A stretch of DNA of 64,000 nt. Source: a virus (taxonomy: Duplodnaviria; Heunggongvirae; Uroviricota; Caudoviricetes). The stretch is taken from the IMG/VR virus record IMGVR_UViG_3300025896_000021; one strand, given 5' to 3'. Made by a program: the position numbers and the translations under genes. The notes below the pieces were generated by a model. The model did not search any database, was not told where the DNA came from, and was given only the letters and a program-made list of their open reading frames with translations. Each line of letters starts with the position of its first letter. Within the stretch, counting starts at the first letter, position 1. Below are positions 55,705 to 64,000 of this stretch, one piece after another.

Positions 55705-58700
55705 TTAATTGAAGATGAAGTCTAAGCTATTTGCAGATGAGTTAAATTGAATATACGCCTTACTAGCAGTTCCACCGTTGTTATCAGCAAATCCTACAGA
55801 TTTACCTGCATAGATATTACCAGTTGCTGCGATACCACCTACTACAGTGACTGCACCTGCTGCTGCACTAGTTGCTGCTGCACCGTCTGTTACAGAGATT
55901 GAACTTGCAGCAGTGATGTTATTACCACTGATGTTACCAGATACGTCAAGTGTACCAGTTACGTTAGCGCCAGTTCCTGTGATAGTAAGAATTGTGTTTC
56001 CACCACTTACTAAGATTACATCACCGTTAACAGTTGGGATACTTACATTACTAGTACCATTAGAGATTTTATCTGAGCTAATAGTGCCCCAGCTTAGAAC
56101 GCCTGCCCCATTAGTCTTCAAGTAATCACCTGCGCCGCCGCCAGTCAATGTTACATTACCAACTGCACCTAGATCAGTAGCACCTGATACTATCAAGCTA
56201 GTCAATGTACCAAGTAATGTGATATTGCTTTGAGTAGCTCCGGAAACTTGTGCAGCCAGAGTAGCGTTAGCAACTGTACCTTGAACTTCAGAACCAGTTA
56301 AGAATGTCAATGAAGCACCATTACCACTTACAGAAGCAGCAGAAACTGCACCAGATGCAGTTACATTAACAGCAGTCAATGTATCAGTACCTGTATTGTA
56401 TGATAAGTTCGCACTATCAACTAACAAGCCAGCAGAACCAGCAAGAACGATACGACCAGCAGTGCTTAGGTTACGTGCAGTAACGTTAGCAGCAGTGATG
56501 TATCCAGAAAGATTTGCGTTGACTGTAGACAATACGTTGCCGTCTGCATCGAATGTTAGGCCAATGCTGTCAGTTAGTTCTCCACCAGTTGTAGCAAAAG
56601 TGATACTACCTGCAGTCAAACTAGCAGTCTTCAAGTTACCAGCAGTTACCATACCAGAGATATTAGCTGTACCAGTAACTCCTAATGCAGTACCACTGAA
56701 TGTTAAGTTTGTGCTGTCAACTAATTTACCGCCAGCAGCAGCAAAAGTTACTGAACCCTCAGTTAATGTGTTAGCATAAACATAGGCTGAATTAACAGTA
56801 GTTGCATTAACAGTAGTAGCGTTTGCAGTAGTAGCAGCAACTGTAGTCGTAGACAATGTACCATCAGCAAATGTCAATGCAACAGAACCTGTTAACTCTT
56901 GTCCAGCGCCAGCAAATGTTACTTGACCAGCAGTCAATGAACTATCAACAATATTACCAGCTGTTAATAACCCAGATACATTAGCTGTACCAGTAACTAC
57001 CAATGCATTACCATTGAATGTCAAGTTTGCGCTTGCAGCTAAATCATTTACTACGTTACCATCAACATTACCTGCGTGGAATTGAAGTTGAAATTCAGAA
57101 CCTGAAGCAGTTTGGAAGTCGATTGGTGTACCGTCTGCATATTGATATACATCAGACTTGAATGAACCTGCAGTTACAGCACCAGTTACAGCTAAACTAG
57201 TTAGTGTTCCGACTGAAGTAACGTTAGGTTGTGCAGCAGTTGTAAGTGTACCTGTTAATAAAGTAGCAGAGACTAAGCTAGCACCGGTGATGTTACCAGT
57301 TACGCTTACATTACCTGCTGTTACATTACCGGTACCTAAATCTAAGCTGTCACCAGTAGCTGCACCAATATTTGGAGTAGTCAATATTGCGCCTGCGATG
57401 ATAGCTAAGTTGCCACCAGATACAGTCAAGGTGACCTCGTCGGTCAATGCACTGAATACGCCGCCGTTTAATGCAAGACCATGAGTTGCTGAAAGTTGGC
57501 CAGCGCCAGAGAACTGTGTCCAAGCGATTGGATCAGTGCCTACTGTGATAGTTCCGTTCGTAGAAACAACCCATCCTGAATCAGATTGTGCAGTACCTTC
57601 TTCAACGAAAGTAAATGAGCCAGCAGTAAGTTCGCCCGTTGCATTAGCGTCAACAGCACGAGTCCATGAACCACCGTCAACTACGACATAGATACCGTTT
57701 TGGCTAGCAGTTGTTTGATCTTTAACAAGTACACGATCACCTGCAGCTAATAAAACACCGTCAACTGTTTGCGTACCACTTAGTGTAATGTTCACCATTG
57801 TAGCTGCACGTACAGATTCTTTAATATCTAGACCTTGTGCTGCACCGTCAACATAACCTTTTGTAGCAGCGTCAGTTGCATTAACTGGAGTTGCTAAGTT
57901 AGTAATTGTACCTGCACTAGCATCAATAACACCTGAAAAAGCGTTTAAAGTAATTCCACCTGCCACTGTTGAAAGTGTCAATGAAGTTGCACCAGCAACG
58001 TTTGGAGTGTTAACTGTACCTGTTACATTTACGTCACCCGCAGTAGATAAACTACCACCAGATACGTCACCAGTAGCGACAACTGTACCAGCTGTTGATA
58101 AGTTACCAACAGTAGCAGTATCAGATACGCTAGCAGTTCCTGTAATAGTAGTTACACCAGCAGCTAATGTACCAACTGATGTTGCACCAGCAGATAAATT
58201 ACCAACTGTAGTATTACCAGTAACACCTAGTGTAGTTGTAATAGTTGCGCTGTCTAGTGTAGAAGCACCAGCCGTAAACGTAGTAACTGTAGTAGCATTT
58301 GCTGTCAAAACAGCTAATGTAGTAGCGCCAACGACACCCAATGTACCACCAACGTTAGCGTTAGTAGTTACGCTTAAATTAGGAGCAGTTAAAGTTTCAG
58401 TAGCATAAGTAAACCCGCTAGCACTAGTTAATTTGCTACCATCAGCAAACACAACTTGAGTAGTTGACAAGTTATTAGCAGTTACATTAGCACCAGTGAT
58501 AGCACCAGATGCAATAACTGTTACAGCAGATATTGAATTAGAAGCTACAATATCAGCTACCGACAACGTGTTAGATAAATTAATTCCACCATTACCAGTT
58601 GTAGTAGTTGAAATCGTTTGCGTACCGATTCTGATACTGCTACCAGACAACCATAAGTCTCTCCATGCTGCGCCTTCGCCACCTAGATCATACGTTATGT

Positions 58701-60090
58701 CTGCTGATGGGAGCAAGTTACCAGTTACTACACCGGAAATTGCTAAGTCACCAATATCTGCTGTACCAGCAGTAGTGATGTTACCACCAGTTACTAAACC
58801 AGTTACAGTTGCATCACCACCAGTTACTAAACTACCTGCAGTAAGAGTACTTGTAATGTTTGCTGTACCAGTTGCAACAATATTTTTGATATTCAATGCA
58901 CTAGATGAGCCAGTTCCATCAATATTTGCACCAGTCGTAAATCCACCAGCAGCGTTTGCAACACCGGTAATAAACGCGCCTAGCGTTACGTTAAGATTTG
59001 CAGTAGTGCTGATATTACCAGATGCAGTAACAGTAACAGTTGTTACGTCACCAGCAGTTGTCAAGTTACCACCAGATACATTACCAGTTGCAGCTACAAC
59101 ACCAGCAGTTGTCAAGTTACCACCAGATACATTACCAGTTGCAGCTACAACACCAGCAGTTGTCAAGTTACCACCAGATACATTACCTGTTACACTAGCA
59201 GTAGTAGTTACTTCTAATGAACCTACGTTAGCAAGGCCTGTTGCCGTAACTGTTCCACCAGTAGACAAGTTGCCACCAGTGATTGTTCCTGTTGCAGTTA
59301 GTGCATTTGATGCCTTGTTGAATGTAAATCCAGCAGTTGCATTTTGAGCACCATCATCATTGAACTGAACTTGAGTATTATCACCCTTAGCAGCAATATT
59401 ACCTGCAAAGTTACCATAGATGTTTCCACCAACGTGCAAGTTAGCAGTAATACTAGCACCGCCGGCGACTTTAAGTGCACCAGTTGATGTTGAAGTTGCT
59501 TCAGTAGCGTCACTGAAAGTTACAACACCGCTAGCAGTAACAGTAGCTAGATTAGCTGTACCACTGACGCTTACGCCAGCTAGAATACCAACACTAGTGA
59601 TGTTCGCTTGTGCGTTGTTAACAACATTACCTGCAAATGCAGCCATGTTAGCACTAGCTACTGTACCAGTTACTTCTTCACCAGTTAGATTAGTAAGAGT
59701 ATCACCGTTACCAATGAAGTGAGCAGCATGTACATTACCGTAGTTAGTAATTTCAAGAACATCACCTGTATTCGTGACAGATTTTGCTAATACAAATTCC
59801 CCGGCAGCAGTGTGCCAGCCCATGAATCCATCAACTGCTGCTGAGTTAGCAGTGTCAAACGTATGAAGCAATAAACCACGTTCTTTACCATCATTAATCG
59901 TTAGTGCCGCACCATTGGCGCCGCCGCCTAATTCGATTAACGGATCAACTAATGTTGTTGTAGTTGTGTCAACTGTTGTTGTAGTACCTTTAATTACCAA
60001 GTTACCACGAATTGTTACGTCTGTTACATCAAGTGCGTCATTAACTGATAATGCACCGTAAACTACCGTACCGCCTTTTAATTTTGCCAT
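55705..60090 (-). CDS. 1461-aa long fibre protein
   Basis: AAAGGAAA RBS; MAKLKGGTVVYG start; DAATKGYVD followed by KESVRAAT..NITLSGTQTVDGV.L.AGDRVLVKDQ...QNGIY (a known phage tail-fibre-related domain); terminal YIQFNSSANSLDFIFN. Confidence 0.9.
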   Translation of the reverse strand: MAKLKGGTVVYGALSVNDALDVTDVTIRGNLVIKGTTTTVDTTTTTLVDPLIELGGGANGAALTINDGKERGLLLHTFDTANSAAVDGFMGWHTAAGEFVLAKSVTNTGDVLEITNYGNVHAAHFIGNGDTLTNLTGEEVTGTVASANMAAFAGNVVNNAQANITSVGILAGVSVSGTANLATVTASGVVTFSDATEATSTSTGALKVAGGASITANLHVGGNIYGNFAGNIAAKGDNTQVQFNDDGAQNATAGFTFNKASNALTATGTITGGNLSTGGTVTATGLANVGSLEVTTTASVTGNVSGGNLTTAGVVAATGNVSGGNLTTAGVVAATGNVSGGNLTTAGDVTTVTVTASGNISTTANLNVTLGAFITGVANAAGGFTTGANIDGTGSSSALNIKNIVATGTANITSTLTAGSLVTGGDATVTGLVTGGNITTAGTADIGDLAISGVVTGNLLPSADITYDLGGEGAAWRDLWLSGSSIRIGTQTISTTTTGNGGINLSNTLSVADIVASNSISAVTVIASGAITGANVTANNLSTTQVVFADGSKLTSASGFTYATETLTAPNLSVTTNANVGGTLGVVGATTLAVLTANATTVTTFTAGASTLDSATITTTLGVTGNTTVGNLSAGATSVGTLAAGVTTITGTASVSDTATVGNLSTAGTVVATGDVSGGSLSTAGDVNVTGTVNTPNVAGATSLTLSTVAGGITLNAFSGVIDASAGTITNLATPVNATDAATKGYVDGAAQGLDIKESVRAATMVNITLSGTQTVDGVLLAAGDRVLVKDQTTASQNGIYVVVDGGSWTRAVDANATGELTAGSFTFVEEGTAQSDSGWVVSTNGTITVGTDPIAWTQFSGAGQLSATHGLALNGGVFSALTDEVTLTVSGGNLAIIAGAILTTPNIGAATGDSLDLGTGNVTAGNVSVTGNITGASLVSATLLTGTLTTAAQPNVTSVGTLTSLAVTGAVTAGSFKSDVYQYADGTPIDFQTASGSEFQLQFHAGNVDGNVVNDLAASANLTFNGNALVVTGTANVSGLLTAGNIVDSSLTAGQVTFAGAGQELTGSVALTFADGTLSTTTVAATTANATTVNATTVNSAYVYANTLTEGSVTFAAAGGKLVDSTNLTFSGTALGVTGTANISGMVTAGNLKTASLTAGSITFATTGGELTDSIGLTFDADGNVLSTVNANLSGYITAANVTARNLSTAGRIVLAGSAGLLVDSANLSYNTGTDTLTAVNVTASGAVSAASVSGNGASLTFLTGSEVQGTVANATLAAQVSGATQSNITLLGTLTSLIVSGATDLGAVGNVTLTGGGAGDYLKTNGAGVLSWGTISSDKISNGTSNVSIPTVNGDVILVSGGNTILTITGTGANVTGTLDVSGNISGNNITAASSISVTDGAAATSAAAGAVTVVGGIAATGNIYAGKSVGFADNNGGTASKAYIQFNSSANSLDFIFN
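59050..59187. repeat. Perfect 51-bp tandem repeat, 2.7 copies (GNVSGGNLTTAGVVAAT)
   Basis: accagcagttgtcaagttaccaccagatacattaccagttgcagctacaac at 59050 and 59101, with a partial third copy at 59152. Confidence 0.95.
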
Positions 60091-60132
60091 TTTAAATTTC
60101 CTTTATTTCTTTATGTTTCTTAGTTTATAGTG

Positions 60133-61068
60133 TTACGCACTTATACCGGTATACTCATCAAACTCATTTGCAACTAATAGTGATCCAGATTTTCTCTGTT
60201 TCATCTTACCGTTGTAATTAGTTGATAATGGGGTGAGAGCATCATACGTTGCGCCACCGACGTTAGTGACAGACTTACTGGAACCAGAAGTATCTGTTGT
60301 TAAAGCACCTGTATCTGCCATAGTTAATAGCAATACAGTAGCTGAACTTGGGATAGCAGCAATATTAACGCTGCTAGATTGTGTAGCACTGAATGGCTTG
60401 ATAGGAGTACTAAAGTTTCCAGTGTACACTGCTAGCCCTTTTACTACACGAAAATTTGTAACGTTTCCAGTTAGGAATCCGTCAGTTACCCCTGCTGATC
60501 CGCTTTGACCAGTAACACTTGCGTTGACTTCTCCGCCAATTGCTAGTGCTCTAGATGTAACTGAAGTATACGGAGAACTATCTGTAATTACTGAAGTTCC
60601 GTTAACATATACTTTCACATGAGTCGAATCTGTTTTTACTAGTGCAACGTGAAACCATTGATTTTGAGGAACTACATTAGATCCGCTACCAACTGGAGCA
60701 TTGGTACCATTCCAATAATAAAGAGTTGATCCAAGCATCTCAATGTTGTCACCATCTGGGAAAGACCAAAGACGTTGATACGATGTTGAAGTTACAAAGA
60801 ACCATCCTTCAATCGTAAAAGCTGCACTTCCGAATTGGAAATCGCCGCTACCGACTACTGACAAGTATTGACTTGTACCGTCTAATTTAACCGAGCCGCC
60901 GGATGGTTGACCACCTGGTAAAGTAACTTCATCAAATTCATCAGCGAATATATGATCCACTGTGACTTTATGCCCTAAAGGAACAGAACCATCTACGCCG
61001 TATTCATCGAATGAACCCGCAGTTAATAAGGTGCCGTCGTTTTTTAATCTTGCGCCAACTGTTGCCAT
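60133..61068 (-). CDS. 311-aa putative connector protein carrying an inserted LamG/ConA-like domain
   Basis: MATVGARLKNDGTL...FDEVT-[LDGTSQYL..FTIEGWF..QWFHVALV..VYVNG..NFRVVKG.AVYT]-MKQ..SG.LLV..EFDEYTGI. Confidence 0.88.
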   Translation of the reverse strand: MATVGARLKNDGTLLTAGSFDEYGVDGSVPLGHKVTVDHIFADEFDEVTLPGGQPSGGSVKLDGTSQYLSVVGSGDFQFGSAAFTIEGWFFVTSTSYQRLWSFPDGDNIEMLGSTLYYWNGTNAPVGSGSNVVPQNQWFHVALVKTDSTHVKVYVNGTSVITDSSPYTSVTSRALAIGGEVNASVTGQSGSAGVTDGFLTGNVTNFRVVKGLAVYTGNFSTPIKPFSATQSSSVNIAAIPSSATVLLLTMADTGALTTDTSGSSKSVTNVGGATYDALTPLSTNYNGKMKQRKSGSLLVANEFDEYTGISA

Positions 61069-61074
61069 ATTTTT

Positions 61075-61599
61075 TTATCCATTAAATTTAAAATCTATAC
61101 TATTGGCAGTGTTGTTAAAGTCAATTATTCCCTTAGGAGATGTTCCTCCACCGGTCAAATTGATATTTCCACCCACTGTCAAATCTTTCTGAATCCCTAC
61201 TCCACCCTCGGTGACAAAACTGCCCGTGATAGTAGATGTAGAATCTGTATTACTATTTATGATAAGTTGATTATTAATAGCTACAGTGTTAATATTTGCA
61301 CTGTTTAGAAACACGTTTCCGGCTATAATTCCGGATGCGTTTGCTGCAATCACTTGCCCATTTATATCAATATTACCCGTAAGATAGAAATCTTTGTATC
61401 TACTAGCTGAATTTGCTAAAGATAATACTCCGTTCCCGTTCGGGATCAAATTTGAAGTTAGTAACGCTACTGATAAGTTTGCCGTTTTTACCGTGTCCGT
61501 AGCATTGACGTTGGCGACATTAGCGTTACCGCTAGCCGCATCTAATGTTATATTTCCAGTGGTTAACCCACCTTTAACATTAAAATTCTTTGTTGTCAT
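61075..61599 (-). CDS. 174-aa short fibre segment
   Basis: MTTKNFNVKGGL start; NLIP....LSL...SRYKDFYL; TGSFVTEGGVGI; terminal IIDFNNTANSIDFKFN. Confidence 0.85.
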   Translation of the reverse strand: MTTKNFNVKGGLTTGNITLDAASGNANVANVNATDTVKTANLSVALLTSNLIPNGNGVLSLANSASRYKDFYLTGNIDINGQVIAANASGIIAGNVFLNSANINTVAINNQLIINSNTDSTSTITGSFVTEGGVGIQKDLTVGGNINLTGGGTSPKGIIDFNNTANSIDFKFNG

Positions 61600-61616
61600 A
61601 TACTGTTTTGTTCCAA

Positions 61617-63335
61617 TTAATCAGTCACGTAAGTGCCTACAAGATTCACCACAGTGTTTGCTGCGATTCCTGATGCATACAACTTAACATTTCCACTAGC
61701 AATGTTACTAGTGACAGTAATAATATCTTCATTTAAGGTGCTGATTGCTCCGTAAACTGTGATATAACTATCGCTGCCATCATGTATTAACAAGACTTCT
61801 AGTGATTCGTACCCAAGGTCATTGCTAGCTTTGATAATGTATTTAGCAGTTCTAAAAGATGCCACCGTGAAGCTGTCGATCACTGTGTTGGTAGTGACTA
61901 TCACGCTAGTAGCAGAGCTACTAATAATAGATGAGGTTACTAGATTAGTTGAAGTAATGTTACCCGTAGCAATCGAATCACTTGCAATCGTTGTATTACC
62001 AGTAGTTAATCCACTCGTTGTAATTGATGTATTACCGGTAGTTAATCCAGTTGTACTTACCGTAGTGTTGCCCGTTGTAACTCCATTACTACTGATGCTA
62101 GTATTACCGGTTGACAATCCATTAGCTGTAATAGACGTGTTTCCAGTAGTGAGACCAGTTGTGGTAATTGATGTATTACCTGTAGTAAGGCCGGTAGTAC
62201 TTACAGTAGTATTACCAGTAGTAACACCTGCATTGCTGATACTTGTATTACCAGTAGTGACTGTAGTGGTTGTAACTGTATTTCCAGTCACACTTGTATT
62301 TCCAGTAGTCAATCCAGATGAACTAACAGTTGTGTTACCAGTAGTTACTCCGGTTGTGCTGATGCTTGTATTGCCAGTTGTCAACCCAGTGTCTGTAATA
62401 CTTGTATTGCCAGTGGTCACCGTTGTTGTTGTAACTGTACTTCCCGTAACCGTTGTATTACCAGTGGATATTCCATTACTAGTGATACTTGTATTACCAG
62501 TACTCAATCCATTAGCTGTAATCGATGTATTACCAGTAGTCAGGCCTGAGCTACTGATACTTGTATTACCGGTTGTTACTGTCGTTGTCGTAACTGTACT
62601 TCCTGTTACAGTAGTATTACCAGTCGTAAGTCCATCGCTGCTAATTGAAGTATTACCAGTAGTTACTCCTGAACTGCTTACACTAGTATTACCAGTACTC
62701 AATCCATTCGCTGTAATCGATGTATTACCAGTAGTCAATCCGTCAGTACTGACTGTCGTATTACCAGTAGTTACTCCATTACTACTGATGCTTGTATTAC
62801 CAGTTGATAATCCATTAGCTGTAATCGATGTATTACCAGTAGTCAAACCAGTAGTGCTTACTGTAGTTGCACCAGTAGTAACTGAATTACCAGTAACTGA
62901 GGTTGTACCAGTAGATAATCCATTTGCCGTGACAGTTGTATTGCCAGCAGTTAAACCAGTAGTACTAACTGAGGTTGTGCCAGTAGTAAGACCGGTATCA
63001 CTGATACTAGTATTACCAGTTGTTACCGTAGTAGTCGTTACTGTATTTCCGGTTACGCTAGTGTTACCAGTAGTAAGTCCGGTTGTGCTAACTGTGGTAT
63101 TACCAGTAGTAACGCCCGTTGTAGTGACACTTGTATTACCAGTAGTAACACCTGATGTAGTGACTGATGTATTACCGGTAGTAACGCCTGTACTAGTGAT
63201 ACTAGTGTTTCCTACTGCTACGGTAGCTAGCCCAAGATTCTTCCAGCCTACTCCGGTCCATTGGTAGTTATAACCGTTGTATGTAACGATTGTACCTAAT
63301 GGTGCGGTCTTCGGTAATGCTGTAACTGTTGCCAT
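61617..63335 (-). CDS. 572-aa fibre protein with TTGNT repeats and a C-terminal beta-sandwich
   Basis: About 420 aa of TTGNT repeats; terminal IDSF...FRTAKYII...ESLEVLLIHDG..YITVYG domain of a type seen in large-myovirus virion proteins. Confidence 0.88.
   Translation of the reverse strand: MATVTALPKTAPLGTIVTYNGYNYQWTGVGWKNLGLATVAVGNTSITSTGVTTGNTSVTTSGVTTGNTSVTTTGVTTGNTTVSTTGLTTGNTSVTGNTVTTTTVTTGNTSISDTGLTTGTTSVSTTGLTAGNTTVTANGLSTGTTSVTGNSVTTGATTVSTTGLTTGNTSITANGLSTGNTSISSNGVTTGNTTVSTDGLTTGNTSITANGLSTGNTSVSSSGVTTGNTSISSDGLTTGNTTVTGSTVTTTTVTTGNTSISSSGLTTGNTSITANGLSTGNTSITSNGISTGNTTVTGSTVTTTTVTTGNTSITDTGLTTGNTSISTTGVTTGNTTVSSSGLTTGNTSVTGNTVTTTTVTTGNTSISNAGVTTGNTTVSTTGLTTGNTSITTTGLTTGNTSITANGLSTGNTSISSNGVTTGNTTVSTTGLTTGNTSITTSGLTTGNTTIASDSIATGNITSTNLVTSSIISSSATSVIVTTNTVIDSFTVASFRTAKYIIKASNDLGYESLEVLLIHDGSDSYITVYGAISTLNEDIITVTSNIASGNVKLYASGIAANTVVNLVGTYVTD
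61960..63215 (-). repeat. Coding tandem repeat TTGNT (12/17 aa units)
   Basis: Seen in translation of the 572-aa gene; synonymous positions vary between units. Confidence 0.95.
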
Positions 63336-63341
63336 ATATTG

Positions 63342-63349
63342 TATTTACC
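63342..63349 (-). promoter_or_regulatory. Putative late promoter GGTAAATA
   Basis: 6 nt before the ATG at 63335; no SD visible. Confidence 0.55.
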
Positions 63350-63353
63350 CTTG

Positions 63354-63998
63354 TTACGCCGAAGGCGGTGTTATGTTGAACCAGTAATCGCCACCTGCGG
63401 GATTCGTGTCCGGATCATATGCGCCCGAGCCATCTAAGCTAGTCCACATCATTGGGGTTGATTTTGAATTAGGAGAAGTTACTGTAGGTGATATGTCAGA
63501 CCCGTCATTAGTAACTAGCATCCAAATAGAACCGTACGGGATTTCTACACCGGGTATAAATCCAAATGTCACTGGATCTTGATTAGGTGCCATATTCATG
63601 TACCCCATTCCATATTCGGTGAAGTCATATAGTGTAGTAGTATAGTAATATCTACCTTTCCATTCTGTCTTTCCATCGCCAGTTGAAGACAATACTTCAA
63701 ATTTGTTTCCAAAATTTCCGTTTGCAGATAATCCATTACCTAATACAATGTTACCAGTAACATTCAAATTCAGCAAGTTACCCACTGATGTAATGTTTGG
63801 CTGCGCTGCTGTTGTTAATGTACCTGTAAAGAAGTTAGCTGTTACTAAGTTACCTAAATTAGCACTAGTAGCAGTTACGTTTCCGGTTACTGTTAGATTT
63901 ACTAATGACCCGAGTGAAGTTATATTTGGTTGTGCAGAAGCCGATACAGTAACTGCTACATTTGCATTAGAAATAGTACCAACTAAGTTCTTATTAAA
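63354..63998 (-). CDS. Fibre segment, 5'-partial (enters from outside the window)
   Basis: The frame stays open from 63785 to the window edge (FNKNLVG...QPNITSLG...QPNITSVG), so the track's 143-aa call is a fragment. C-terminus parallels the 423-aa protein. Confidence 0.87.
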   Translation of the reverse strand, partial: FNKNLVGTISNANVAVTVSASAQPNITSLGSLVNLTVTGNVTATSANLGNLVTANFFTGTLTTAAQPNITSVGNLLNLNVTGNIVLGNGLSANGNFGNKFEVLSSTGDGKTEWKGRYYYTTTLYDFTEYGMGYMNMAPNQDPVTFGFIPGVEIPYGSIWMLVTNDGSDISPTVTSPNSKSTPMMWTSLDGSGAYDPDTNPAGGDYWFNITPPSA

Positions 63999-64000
63999 GT

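Noticed and set aside
53060-63215. Periodic DNA repeats as a CRISPR array
   Set aside because: Units are multiples of three, vary at synonymous sites, have no unique spacers, and no cas genes are present.
2445-63267. Dozens of plus-strand ORFs, including 357 aa (53018-54091) and 481 aa (61822-63267) Val/Pro/Leu-rich ones
   Set aside because: They are antisense shadows of low-complexity Thr/Gly/Asn coding repeats and lie within or across minus-strand genes, with no independent signals.

Overview
This window looks like part of a large tailed-phage genome. All real genes are on the minus strand. The left end holds a partial class Ia ribonucleotide reductase alpha subunit (nrdA, missed by the ORF track because it runs off the edge) and a 144-aa protein with a degenerate transglutaminase-like pattern. 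The remaining ~62 kb is one uninterrupted block of 26 co-oriented genes (~20,000 residues) for fibre/adhesin-like virion proteins, including a 5452-aa repeat giant. They are built from a small shared toolkit: QPNITSVGTL shaft repeats, TTGNT repeats, glycine-rich modules, LamG/ConA-like domains, IPT/Ig domains and small acidic partner proteins. T4-late-like (N)NTAA[A/G]TA motifs precede many genes. Two patterns stand out. (1) Gene order follows a repeated 'socket-and-plug' grammar: specific C-terminal domains are followed by specific N-terminal motifs, suggesting a collinearly encoded, branched multi-protein fibre. (2) Modules are repeatedly inserted in frame inside other modules (nested, circularly permuted, and one apparent gene fission). 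Domain names come from motif recognition, not database searches; the docking model is inference.
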